24,000 nt of DNA from Chania multitudinisentens RB-25 (lineage in GTDB: Bacteria > Pseudomonadota > Gammaproteobacteria > Enterobacterales > Enterobacteriaceae): the NCBI RefSeq assembly GCF_000520015.2, contig NZ_CP007044.2:5072294-5096293 (forward strand), written 5' to 3'. Shown here one piece after another: positions 1-9,140 of the stretch. The notes below the pieces were generated by a model. It saw nothing but the letters and a program-made list of their open reading frames with translations, ran no database searches and was not told the DNA's origin. Within the stretch, counting starts at the first letter, position 1. Each line of letters begins with the position of its first letter. The position numbers were made by a program, and so were the translations under genes.

Positions 1-196
1 TGGCGAAAAAATCAACCCATTGATTTAAAAATAAAATAATTCAACCCGGCGTATTAATTACTCTCTCACTCATCCACCCAGTTATAATTTTTTTCACTGT
101 TTACCTGAATAAAATCAAGTTCCTGCCATACTTCAAACTACGAGACTGCTGATGTTGTCTCTTCTTCACATTCATTAGACATTTTTGGGGTTTATT

Positions 197-664
197 ATGA
201 CTAAAACAATCGTTGCCATTGCTGTTGTGGCCGCCGCCCTTAGTGGCTGTGCCGCTAATAACACCTCCTCCGGCGATACCTTTACGGCCGCACAGGCCAG
301 ACAGGTTCAGACCGTTACCTATGGTACTTTGGTGTCAGTGCGCCCAGTAACGATTCAGGGTGGTGATGGCAACAATGCTGCCGGTGCGATTGGTGGGGCC
401 GTCGTAGGTGGCTTCCTCGGCAATACCGTAGGGGGTGGCCGTGGACGGAATCTGGCAACCGCAACCGGCGTTGTCGGTGGTGCCGCCGTTGGCCAAAGCG
501 TACAAAGTTCGATGAACCGCAGTAATGGTGTTGAGCTTGAGGTCCGCCGCGACGATGGTACTAACATTATCGTGGTACAGGCCCAGGGAACCAGCCAGTT
601 CCACCCAGGACAACGCGTTGCTATTGCAACCAACGGCAGGACAGTCACCGTGTCACCACGATAA
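197..664 (+). CDS. slyB: SlyB-family outer-membrane lipoprotein (glycine-zipper, PCP-like)
   Basis: ATG at 197; the track ORF begins at an upstream TTG at 185. Signal peptide ends in the lipobox LSGC. Glycine zipper GAIGGAVVGGFLGNTVGGG. Colinear with E. coli SlyB as I remember it (VRPVxIQGG ... GVELEVRxDDG ... VTVSPR at the C-terminus). Confidence 0.85.
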   Translation: MTKTIVAIAVVAAALSGCAANNTSSGDTFTAAQARQVQTVTYGTLVSVRPVTIQGGDGNNAAGAIGGAVVGGFLGNTVGGGRGRNLATATGVVGGAAVGQSVQSSMNRSNGVELEVRRDDGTNIIVVQAQGTSQFHPGQRVAIATNGRTVTVSPR

Positions 665-816
665 CAGCCGATTAGTACCATCTTAAGCCCTGTTTAAGTT
701 ATTCACCGCAGAACGGCTTATTAAAAGGGATATAACATATACAAATGAATACACTTTTTGGGATGATAGCGAGTTTTCCGGCTCGGTTATTACAATAAAA
801 AACGGAGTTAAGACAC

Positions 817-2268
817 ATGTTCATCAAATGGGTAAAACGTATTGTACTGGTTGTGATTTTTTTAGCCGTCGGTGCACTTGCTGGGCGTATTTACTACACT
901 CAGCAAGGCCCGGCACTACAGCTTTGGCACACTTTTGTTCCGCATGAAATGCGTGCCGATGCGATTGATAAAGCCAGTTGGGCTGACTATCTGAAAGCAG
1001 AAGAGGCTCTTTTTAAAGAAGTTCGGCTGAATGTTACCGATAAGCTACCCAGCAACGTGCAAACGTCGTTGAACCGTTATTATTCTGGTAGCCCTATCTA
1101 CCCCGAAAAATTCCCCACCGATTGGAACCGTTCGTATGTCATGATGCCGGAAGGCAAACCCAAAGGTGCCGTCGTGCTGTTACACGGTTTGACCGACACC
1201 CCTTACAGCCTGCGGCATATTGCGGATAATTATCGCCAGTACGGTTATGTCGCAATCGGTATTCGTTTACCCGCCCACGGAACCGTTCCAGGCGCCTTGA
1301 CCGACGTGGATTGGGAGGATTGGCTGGCCGCCACCCGTTTGGCAGTGCGCGAAGCCAAACGCCTCAGTGGCGATGACGTTCCTTTGCACATCATTGGTTT
1401 TTCCAACGGTGGCGCATTGGCGATGAAATATACTCTGGATGCGCTTGACGATACCACGCTGGCAAAACCTCAACGCGTCGTGTTGATTTCGCCCATGATT
1501 GGCGTAACCAGCTTTGCCCGCTTTGCTGGCATCGCCGGTTGGCCAGCCATCTTCCCGGCCTTTGCCAAGGCAGCCTGGTTAGGTATCGTCCCCGAATTCA
1601 ACCCGTTCAAATTCAACTCATTCCCGGTGAATGCAGCACGGCAATCTTTCCAGTTGACGCAAGAATTGCAAAAACAGATCGCCCGTGATTCACGTAACAA
1701 CAAAATGAGTGAATTACCGCCGATTCTGACGTTCCAGTCAGTGCTGGACTCAACGGTCAGCACACGTGCGGTAATTACTGCGCTGTACAACCATCTGCCC
1801 GCCAATGGCAGTGAAGTCGTGCTGTTCGATTTAAACCAGGCGGTCAGCTTCGGGCCACTGCTCAGAACCTCGTCCTACACCGCGCTGCCACGCCTGCTGC
1901 CACCAGCGCCACGTAACTACAAGGCCACGATAGTGACCAACGTGTCGCCAGAAACGACCGATACGCTGGCACGCACAACCGCAGCCGGGCAAACCGCAGA
2001 GACCACAGAAATGCTTGGTATTACTTATTTGCCGGATATTTTCTCGCTGTCGCACGTTGCTCTGCCGTTCCCACTGAGTGATTCACTGTATGGGCGCTAT
2101 CCAGAACCGCGTAATCAGTATGGCATCAGCCTGGGAACCTTTGCCGCACGCGGTGAGCGAGCCGTGCTGGTGGTTGGGCTGGATTCACTGATGCGTATAT
2201 CTTCTAACCCATTCTTCCCGTACATGCTCAAACGCATTGACGATAACATCGGGCCACTGCCTAAATAA
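817..2268 (+). CDS. Membrane-anchored alpha/beta-fold hydrolase (lysophospholipase / S33-like), specific function unknown
   Basis: 483-aa ORF with GGAG about 11 nt upstream of the ATG. N-terminal hydrophobic anchor IVLVVIFLAVGALAG. HGLTD oxyanion-type motif and nucleophile elbow GFSNGG (GxSxG). Confidence 0.75.
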   Translation: MFIKWVKRIVLVVIFLAVGALAGRIYYTQQGPALQLWHTFVPHEMRADAIDKASWADYLKAEEALFKEVRLNVTDKLPSNVQTSLNRYYSGSPIYPEKFPTDWNRSYVMMPEGKPKGAVVLLHGLTDTPYSLRHIADNYRQYGYVAIGIRLPAHGTVPGALTDVDWEDWLAATRLAVREAKRLSGDDVPLHIIGFSNGGALAMKYTLDALDDTTLAKPQRVVLISPMIGVTSFARFAGIAGWPAIFPAFAKAAWLGIVPEFNPFKFNSFPVNAARQSFQLTQELQKQIARDSRNNKMSELPPILTFQSVLDSTVSTRAVITALYNHLPANGSEVVLFDLNQAVSFGPLLRTSSYTALPRLLPPAPRNYKATIVTNVSPETTDTLARTTAAGQTAETTEMLGITYLPDIFSLSHVALPFPLSDSLYGRYPEPRNQYGISLGTFAARGERAVLVVGLDSLMRISSNPFFPYMLKRIDDNIGPLPK

Positions 2269-2306
2269 GAAAAGCGCGTTGGCTGGTGCAATACCAGCCA
2301 ACGCGC
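2264..2306 (-). terminator. Intrinsic terminator of the kinase/diguanylate-cyclase operon, sitting between convergent genes
   Basis: Perfect 14-bp stem gcgcgttggctggt (2274-2287) / accagccaacgcgc (2293-2306) with a 5-nt loop. On the minus strand it is followed by ttttcttatt. There is no U-tract on the plus strand. Confidence 0.6.
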
Positions 2307-2349
2307 CTCACTCCGATCCCCCCTGTTTTTCTGACCCACTACCTTTGAA

Positions 2350-3327
2350 TCACAGAGAAGCCGGTGAAATATTGCCTAAAACGGTGCCACAAGTTTGATT
2401 CCTGCCTTTTCTCTTCGCTTGGTACAATTGCATATCTGCCTGCGATAAAAAATCAGAAAGCATCCCAGTGCTTCCCGCTTCTCGGCTACAAACTCCCAGA
2501 CTGATACTGACAAAAGGGGATACCGAAGTGTCCGCCTGAGGGATCTTCTGCTCAATGATGTGTAATCTTATCGTTTCAGCAACGCTCATTGCGCCACTCA
2601 ATTCGGTGTTGGGCAGCAAGCAGGCAAACTCTTCTCCGCCATAGCGTGCAACCAGATCGGTTGGGCGCTTGAGGGCCTGCTGGATGGTTTTTGCCACACG
2701 GCGCAAACAGTCATCCCCAGCCAGGTGACCATACAAGTCATTATATTTCTTGAAAAAATCGACATCGATAATGATCAGGCTAAGCGGAGTCTGATGGCGG
2801 GTTGCCAACATCCACTCCTGATTTAACCGCTCATCAAAACAGCGCCGATTATGTACTTCGGTCAGCCCATCCAAATAGACTAACTGGCGCAGCAGATCAG
2901 ATTGAGCCTTCAGCAACAGGTGGGTTCGCACCCGCGCTCTCACCGTGTTCCTATTGATCGGCTTACTGATAAAATCAACCGCCCCCTCGTTAAAACAACG
3001 GGTTTCTGTCGCTTCATCGATATGAGCGGTGACAAAGATAATCGGAATATCTTTGGTTTCAGGCAGCGCCTTGAGCTGGGCACAAACCTCATAACCGCTG
3101 ATATCAGGCATTTCGATATCCAACAAAACCAGATCCGGCTTTTGTTTGAGGCACACTTCCAGAGCCTGTTTTCCATTAGTGGCCATACAAACATGGTGAT
3201 CGGCAGAAAACGCTTGATATAGCATCTGAATATTGAGCGGATGATCATCAACAATCAGCAGCTTTGGTTTCTCCAAACCCGGTAACAACATCGCGGGATC
3301 TTGGTCGAGAGAATTATTTATCGTCAT
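2350..3327 (-). CDS. Response regulator with GGDEF output (PleD/WspR-like diguanylate cyclase)
   Basis: N-terminal receiver (LLIVDDHP ... LVLLDIEMPDISG ... FVTAH). C-terminal GGDEF domain with active-site GGEEF and an RxxD I-site (RPTD) five residues upstream. The start codon lies inside the last codons of the upstream kinase gene (14-nt overlap). Confidence 0.9.
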   Translation of the reverse strand: MTINNSLDQDPAMLLPGLEKPKLLIVDDHPLNIQMLYQAFSADHHVCMATNGKQALEVCLKQKPDLVLLDIEMPDISGYEVCAQLKALPETKDIPIIFVTAHIDEATETRCFNEGAVDFISKPINRNTVRARVRTHLLLKAQSDLLRQLVYLDGLTEVHNRRCFDERLNQEWMLATRHQTPLSLIIIDVDFFKKYNDLYGHLAGDDCLRRVAKTIQQALKRPTDLVARYGGEEFACLLPNTELSGAMSVAETIRLHIIEQKIPQADTSVSPFVSISLGVCSREAGSTGMLSDFLSQADMQLYQAKRKGRNQTCGTVLGNISPASL

Positions 3328-6300
3328 CGTTTTTATCTCTTTGGCTTGAGGAACTGCCCAGCAATGATTGACCTATTTGGATAGCCAAAGCGAAATCCAA
3401 TTGATTGATCGCTGCACTTAATGGGGATAATGCCCCACCAAGCTGATGACCAAAAGTCGTCTGTAACGTGCTCATCGCTTCCAGTGCCGCCATATCTGAA
3501 TTTTGTAACAGCAGTATCAACGCATTCAGTTCAGAATCAAGAGAATGTGTAAGGTTTTCCCCTGCCGAATCGGCATCAACCACATTTCCCTGCAATATCA
3601 GATTCAAAGCCTCCATCCCTGACTGAACGGACTGCGCGTGATTTTTTACTTCACTCAATACACTGTCTATGACTTCCAAGGCAGGTATTGACGCACTGCT
3701 CAATAATGTCTCCCCCTTACCAGCCTGCTGTGCTAATTGGCCTGCGCCAAGCTGTGCTGCCAGCCCTTTGATCGTGTGCAACAAACGTGAGGCGGCAGGC
3801 CAATCCTGCTGCACCGTTAACGCGTCTAATTGCTTTGGAAAATCGGCCAGTTCGGCCCCAAACAACGCGATCATCTTCTGGTAAAGCCCAATGTCGCCAC
3901 CTAATCGATTGACCGCCGGCTCCAGTTCAATGCCTGCCGCCGCCGCCGCCACCTTCCATTCCGCTGCTAGCGATGAAGCATTTTCTTTTTCTTTGGCAGG
4001 AGTTACCACCATCTCAGGCTGTTTGCTGTATTTCCGCACGGTATGGATAAGATTATTCAGATCAAAAGGTTTACCAATATGATCGTTCATCCCTGCCGCC
4101 AGGCAAGCATCGCGATCGGACGCCATCGCGTTGGCCGTCATGGCAATAATAGGTAAATCAGTCAAGCCTAACGTAGTACGGATATACTGCGTGGCGCTTA
4201 AGCCATCCATTACCGGCATCTGCAAATCCATTAATACAACATCGAAAGCGGTAGGATCCTCTTGAAGTCTCTCAACGGCCTCTTGCCCATGATTCGCGAT
4301 CTCAACAATCGCCCCTTCATCTTCCAACAACTCGCGGGCAATTTGCTGGTTATTCAAGTTATCTTCTACAACCAATAACTTCACGCCGGATAACTGGTGT
4401 GAAGCCGCAGGCAATCTGGGTTGAACAGTTTCGAGTTGTTTACCTTCACTCAAAGCATCCGTCACGGAATCCAACAGCATGGAAGCCGTTATCGGTTTTA
4501 CCAAATAACCATTCAGCAACGCCTGATCTTCTTCACTGCGCTGCAATAGCATTTCACGATCATGAGCAGTGATCATCACTATCATGGGGGCAATGTCTTC
4601 CGGCATCAGCTCACGTACGGATTTACTGGTTTGCCAACCATCCAACCCCGGCATTTGCCAGTCAATAAATAACGCACCGTAGGTAATTCCCTTTTCGCGT
4701 TGTTGTTTCATTAATTGCAACGCTTCATTACCGCTGGTGGCGACATCCACAGTCCATTTCAATGATTCCCCCATGCGCTTAATCAGATCACAGGCCGTTG
4801 GATTATCATCCACCACTAATACACGTAAATGATTAAGTGCATGAGCCCGGGTTACCAACGGTTCAGGCGCTTTCTGTTCAGGGAGAGGCTGAGCAGGAAT
4901 CGGTAAAGTAATTGTGAAATGAAACAGGCTGCCATGGCCAAGCTGGCTTTCTAATTCCAGTGTTCCCCCCATTAAGGCAACAAAACGCTGGCTGATCACC
5001 AGACCTAGCCCTGAACCACCGAAACGCCGAGTAATAGAGGCTTCTGCCTGTGTAAAACCACTGAAAATGCGCTCTTGATGCTCTGGAGCAATGCCAATCC
5101 CCGAATCACGCACACCAAAATGCAGCGTCACGCGATCGCTCTCTTTATGCACCACTTTGATAAATAATATCACTTCACCTTGCTCGGTGAACTTCAGCGC
5201 ATTCCCCCCAAGATTGATTAATATCTGCTGGAGCCGCATGCTGTCGCCTTCAACAAATGAGGGCAAACGGGGATCGATATCGAACAGCACTTCAACATTT
5301 TTAACTTTCAGGTTGCTGGACAAAATAACGGATAAATCCCGCAGCATGGTATGAATGTCAAAAGGAATACATTCCAACACCATTTTACCCGATTCAATTT
5401 TAGAGAAATCCAAGATGTCATTCAGCAACCGTAACAGGGTGCGGGCCGCCGCTTCACTTTTAACGGCATAATCTGCCTGTTTATTATTAAGCCCTGTTTT
5501 TCTTAATAACGTCATCATGCCCAAAATGGCATTCATTGGCGTGCGTAATTCATGGCTCATCGTAGCCAGAAAAGCCGATTTGGCACTATTGGCCTCTTCC
5601 GCCGCCTGTCTGGCCATCCGCAGTGTATTCTCATCCTCACGTTGCTGAGTGATGTCACGATTTATCCCCATCATCGAAACCGGGCGACCATTCTCATCCC
5701 GCTCAACCATCCCGCTCGATTGAATGAAGCGTATTTGATTATCAACAACAATCCGAAAATCCTGGCGGTAAACATTTTCACTTTCCAGCGCCATTTTCAC
5801 TGCATAAGTCACTTCCGGGCGATCTTCCGGGTGCAACAAGCTATACCAGTATTCCTGAGGGATAGGAACATTGCATAACTCCGCAGGCAATGTATAAATC
5901 TCATTCATTCGTTCATCAAAAGAGAAGGTTTTATCAGGGATATTCCAAAACCAGATCCCCAACTCTGCAACATCGGCTGCCCGGATCAATTGGTTACGAG
6001 CAATGATCAGATTGGCTTGCTGGCTCTTGCTGGTGGTAATATCAATCTGAATGGAAATATATCGTTCAATCTCGCCAGCGCTGTTTTTAAACGGTGCAAT
6101 CGTGGTATCAACCCAATACAGACTCCCGTCCTTCGCTTTATTACAAATCTCACTCCGCCAAGAAATGCCATTGGCAATGTTTTTCCACATAGCTTGCCAG
6201 AAGTCAGTGGAATGAGTATGCGAGTCTAATAGCCGATAGTTTTGACCAATCAACTCTTCCCGCTGATAACCACTGATATTGCAGAATGCATCATTAACTT

Positions 6301-7894
6301 CGGTGATCAACCCATTACTATCAGCAGCAGAAATAATGCCATGCAGATTAAGCGTGCTGAGCAAAGCATTATTTTCACGCAATGCCGTTTCAAGCCGCAT
6401 GTAGGTTGCTTTACGCTCACTGATATCTGACTCAATAGCCATAAACCCGATGGGTTCATTCTGCTCGTTGTAACGCGGTTGAATTTCTAATTCAATCCAA
6501 TATTCCTGACCTGACTTAGAACGGTTTAATATTTCACCATTAAATGACTCACCGGCATCCAATGCGGCTTTCATCGCCGCCGCTACCTGCTTGTCGGTAT
6601 TAACACTTTGCAGTAACTGGCCAGGCGATTTGCCAAACACTTCGGCACTGCTGTAACCGGTGATACGTTCAAAGCCTTCATTAACCCAAACTATATGACG
6701 GTTTACATCGGTAATAATAACGGCGTTGGAGGTATTTTTTGCCACTAACGCCAGCCGCTCCAGGTCTGCCGTCATATTGCGTGCCAGCATTTCTGCACGA
6801 TAGCGCCCATTGATTTGCTGGCGTAACAGTAACGCCAATACGCTGCTGAGCAGGAAACCAAAAGCCAGCAATAGCCACGCGATATAACGTTCCATCAATG
6901 CTTCAAAGGCGGGAGTACTGCTTACCACCAGGGTCATCTCTCGCCCTGGCAAGGATAATGTACTGACATTACGAAATATTCTTGCATTAATAATTTCGGC
7001 ATGATGTTTTTCTTCTACCACATCGGGTTTCTGATCGTCGTCAGCATCAAAAATCAAATGTTGGATAGACATGTCATGCGTACTGTCAAACAGCTCAATA
7101 TCCACGCGCCCATTGATAAATTCAGGAATATTGCGTAGCAGGTCAGCAATCACAATCGGAGAATAGAGCAGCCCTATCAACGATGCCTGCCGTTCAGCAG
7201 GCGTCACAGGATTGGCTCCATGCGCGTAAACAGGCACAAAAAGCAAAACACCGGGAATTTTACGATTATCTTGAACTAAATTAATGGTGCCCGACAGCGT
7301 AGCTTTGCCGGTGTTAATCGCCAATAAAGCCGCCTCGCGCCGAACGGATTCAGAACCAATATCAAGCCCTTCCGCTTGTTGGTTTTTATCAGCAGGCTCA
7401 ATAAATTTGATGACATACAGATCGTCATAATGCGTATCATTGAGCTGATGGATGGTAAACGCTGGAGCACCATCAGCACGTACATCCGCAACAAACTGAG
7501 CCAAATTATTGCGTTGAACGTGTTGAATGAAACCAAATCCCCTCACTCCTGGAAACTCAACCGGCAAATCACGGGATGCGACATAAGCACGAAACTGCTC
7601 ACGATTTAAATGATTATTGGTCGCGTAAGTCCCTTTTGCGCCTCTCAACCCATACACCGGCTGGGAAAAGCGCCTGACGATCTCGCCTGAAACCCTTTCA
7701 ACATTACGTTGAAACTCAGCTCGGGCATTGGCTTCAATTTCGTTATAAAGCCGCCACGCTCCGGCCCCAGAAAGAATCACCCCAACAATAAATAATAAGA
7801 GTGGCAAGAGGTTAGCTTGCTGTGAGTGATATTTATCCCAGAAAGAGGACTTTTTTTGCGTGTGAGTACTTCCATTTGACTGTTGGGAGGCCAT
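3314..7894 (-). CDS. Hybrid sensor histidine kinase: TM - CHASE-like periplasmic domain - TM - 3 PAS - HisKA/HATPase - REC - REC - HPt
   Basis: 1526-aa ORF with two hydrophobic segments flanking a roughly 280-aa extracytoplasmic domain. Three PAS-like repeats. H-box SHELRTPMN, N/G boxes (GGNALKFT, DSGIGI, GGSGLGL). Two receivers (FIDWQMPGLDG; LMDLQMPVMDG ... KPF). C-terminal HPt motif HTIKGLAAQLG. Confidence 0.9.
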   Translation of the reverse strand: MASQQSNGSTHTQKKSSFWDKYHSQQANLLPLLLFIVGVILSGAGAWRLYNEIEANARAEFQRNVERVSGEIVRRFSQPVYGLRGAKGTYATNNHLNREQFRAYVASRDLPVEFPGVRGFGFIQHVQRNNLAQFVADVRADGAPAFTIHQLNDTHYDDLYVIKFIEPADKNQQAEGLDIGSESVRREAALLAINTGKATLSGTINLVQDNRKIPGVLLFVPVYAHGANPVTPAERQASLIGLLYSPIVIADLLRNIPEFINGRVDIELFDSTHDMSIQHLIFDADDDQKPDVVEEKHHAEIINARIFRNVSTLSLPGREMTLVVSSTPAFEALMERYIAWLLLAFGFLLSSVLALLLRQQINGRYRAEMLARNMTADLERLALVAKNTSNAVIITDVNRHIVWVNEGFERITGYSSAEVFGKSPGQLLQSVNTDKQVAAAMKAALDAGESFNGEILNRSKSGQEYWIELEIQPRYNEQNEPIGFMAIESDISERKATYMRLETALRENNALLSTLNLHGIISAADSNGLITEVNDAFCNISGYQREELIGQNYRLLDSHTHSTDFWQAMWKNIANGISWRSEICNKAKDGSLYWVDTTIAPFKNSAGEIERYISIQIDITTSKSQQANLIIARNQLIRAADVAELGIWFWNIPDKTFSFDERMNEIYTLPAELCNVPIPQEYWYSLLHPEDRPEVTYAVKMALESENVYRQDFRIVVDNQIRFIQSSGMVERDENGRPVSMMGINRDITQQREDENTLRMARQAAEEANSAKSAFLATMSHELRTPMNAILGMMTLLRKTGLNNKQADYAVKSEAAARTLLRLLNDILDFSKIESGKMVLECIPFDIHTMLRDLSVILSSNLKVKNVEVLFDIDPRLPSFVEGDSMRLQQILINLGGNALKFTEQGEVILFIKVVHKESDRVTLHFGVRDSGIGIAPEHQERIFSGFTQAEASITRRFGGSGLGLVISQRFVALMGGTLELESQLGHGSLFHFTITLPIPAQPLPEQKAPEPLVTRAHALNHLRVLVVDDNPTACDLIKRMGESLKWTVDVATSGNEALQLMKQQREKGITYGALFIDWQMPGLDGWQTSKSVRELMPEDIAPMIVMITAHDREMLLQRSEEDQALLNGYLVKPITASMLLDSVTDALSEGKQLETVQPRLPAASHQLSGVKLLVVEDNLNNQQIARELLEDEGAIVEIANHGQEAVERLQEDPTAFDVVLMDLQMPVMDGLSATQYIRTTLGLTDLPIIAMTANAMASDRDACLAAGMNDHIGKPFDLNNLIHTVRKYSKQPEMVVTPAKEKENASSLAAEWKVAAAAAGIELEPAVNRLGGDIGLYQKMIALFGAELADFPKQLDALTVQQDWPAASRLLHTIKGLAAQLGAGQLAQQAGKGETLLSSASIPALEVIDSVLSEVKNHAQSVQSGMEALNLILQGNVVDADSAGENLTHSLDSELNALILLLQNSDMAALEAMSTLQTTFGHQLGGALSPLSAAINQLDFALAIQIGQSLLGSSSSQRDKNDDDK

Positions 7895-8211
7895 ATAACG
7901 TTACTTTCCTTATACCTAGCAATAAACTCAAACATCAACGTATTGCTATGTGATTTGATCCCAAACCCGAGTCTAAACCCATTGTAATCAGGTGTAACCG
8001 ACTTCAAGTTGATCGCGCATTCGTAGAGTCAGCAGATTGTTGGCATATCCTGCCCGATCCAACATGGGAGCGCCGCCGATTATTTAGTGTAGGCACCACG
8101 CTTCGATTTTGCACTCGTATAACAGCCTACCGGCTCTATTACGGAACCCCCATCAAAATTTGCCGCAAAAACACTCTGCGATTGCATTACCTGCCTGAAA
8201 GAGACCAGTGG

Positions 8212-8396
8212 TAGAGGTCTCTCCTAGATTACGCCACATCCTACATTTTGATCGGTATTCTGCGAGTGAGATTAAGTGATTTTTCATGAGGCTATGTGAT
8301 ATGGCAGCGAAAACCACCATAACCTTTAAACTTACTAGACTGAAACTGGTAACAGTGTCAGTCCAGCTAGCGGAGCCTGAAGGACACCAAGAAATC
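8212..8396 (+). repeat. Left (distal) copy of the mutS upstream region plus a decayed mutS 5' coding fragment
   Basis: 8225-8290 aligns without gaps to 10720-10785, 51 of 66 identical by hand count. Further colinear blocks: cagcgaaa (8305-8312 vs 10808-10815), a tttaaa block, and gcctgaagg (8375-8383 vs 10914-10922, inside mutS). The left copy is net about 36 nt shorter between the last two anchors. Confidence 0.5.
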
Positions 8397-8536
8397 AATA
8401 TCCCATTACGTTGAAGCATTTTAAGCAGAGATAATCACTAATCGGGTATTGCTATCGTGTTGAGTTATTCCCAAAAGGCAAGCTCAAACAGACATTTTTC
8501 AGCAAACAAATAGCCGTTACCACAGCATCGGCTCTG

Positions 8537-9140
8537 TTAACTTGCCTTGATATTATCTTTCCTGACGTCAATAACACTCCCTGTACCCCCCATAGCCAGA
8601 ACTTTAAGACTCTTAATGGCAACCTCTTTAGGGTCTAACAAAGAATCAGCGGGCTCAACCCCAAAATTATTGACTCTCATTGGCGTTGCTGTTCTTTCCG
8701 GATTAATACAATTAACTTTCACATTATCAACTATCCATTCGTCGGCTAATGCCTGCGTCAGATTTACAATAGCAGCCTTAGCAGATGAGTATAATGCATA
8801 AGGAATATATGCGATTTTAACACCTCTACTGTGAAGGATATGGCTTCTGAAAGCTCCAGGCCGGGCTTCATGATAGGGATTTTGTAAAAAACCACATCCG
8901 GTTGACGTACCTCCAGCGAATAATCCTAAAAACCAACATCATCAAATCCTCTTTCTTTAAACATACTACGCTGTATATCACCATTAAGATCGGTTGCTTT
9001 ACAATTGAGATAGGGAACTGGAGTGACCATATCCCTGACCAATTGAGATTGCAGAACCGGAAGTTGGCGATAGCCTATTTCCCCTTATATCGAAAATTCC
9101 TCCACCATCCCCCTACTAAAGGACCAGCACTACCGATCAA
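8537..9140 (-). pseudogene. Short-chain dehydrogenase/reductase (SDR) pseudogene, at least two reading-frame disruptions
   Basis: The C-terminal two thirds are readable in one frame: [10 protein letters not shown] ... [22 protein letters not shown] ... [15 protein letters not shown] (YxxxK catalytic motif, NPG-like block). The upstream parts (LLIGSAGP glycine-rich start; EIGYRQ ... [11 protein letters not shown]) lie in two other frames and end in stops. Confidence 0.6.

Noticed and set aside
95-120. PhoP box upstream of the slyB-like gene (slyB is PhoP-activated in E. coli).
   Set aside because: Only one TGTTTA half-site (cactgtttacc) is present. The expected second hexamer 11 nt away is ataaaa or ttttt-like, so the site is not supportable from sequence alone.
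8085-8150. Possible third, partial copy of the repeat (attttgcactcgtataa resembles cactttgactcgtatta).
   Set aside because: Similarity is limited to about 15-20 nt and collapses on both sides. This is compatible with chance in AT-rich DNA.
8225-8300. Resemblance of gattaagtgat...tcatgag / gattgagtgact...tcatgag to the ERIC/IRU consensus arm (AAGTAAGTGACTGGGGTGAGCG).
   Set aside because: Only a short partial match. The characteristic GGGG core and the long imperfect-palindrome architecture of ERIC are missing. The colinear continuation into mutS coding sequence is better explained by duplication of the mutS 5' region.
8153-8419. 88-aa minus-strand ORF over the left repeat, and its counterpart, the 76-aa ORF 10700..10930 over the right repeat, as a possible conserved small protein or type I toxin.
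   Set aside because: Substitutions between the two copies show no third-position bias: in the 66-nt ungapped block the mismatches split 6/5/4 over the three codon phases. Indels between the copies are not multiples of three. The peptides do not align and neither has a convincing RBS. The right-hand ORF also runs antisense through the mutS start.
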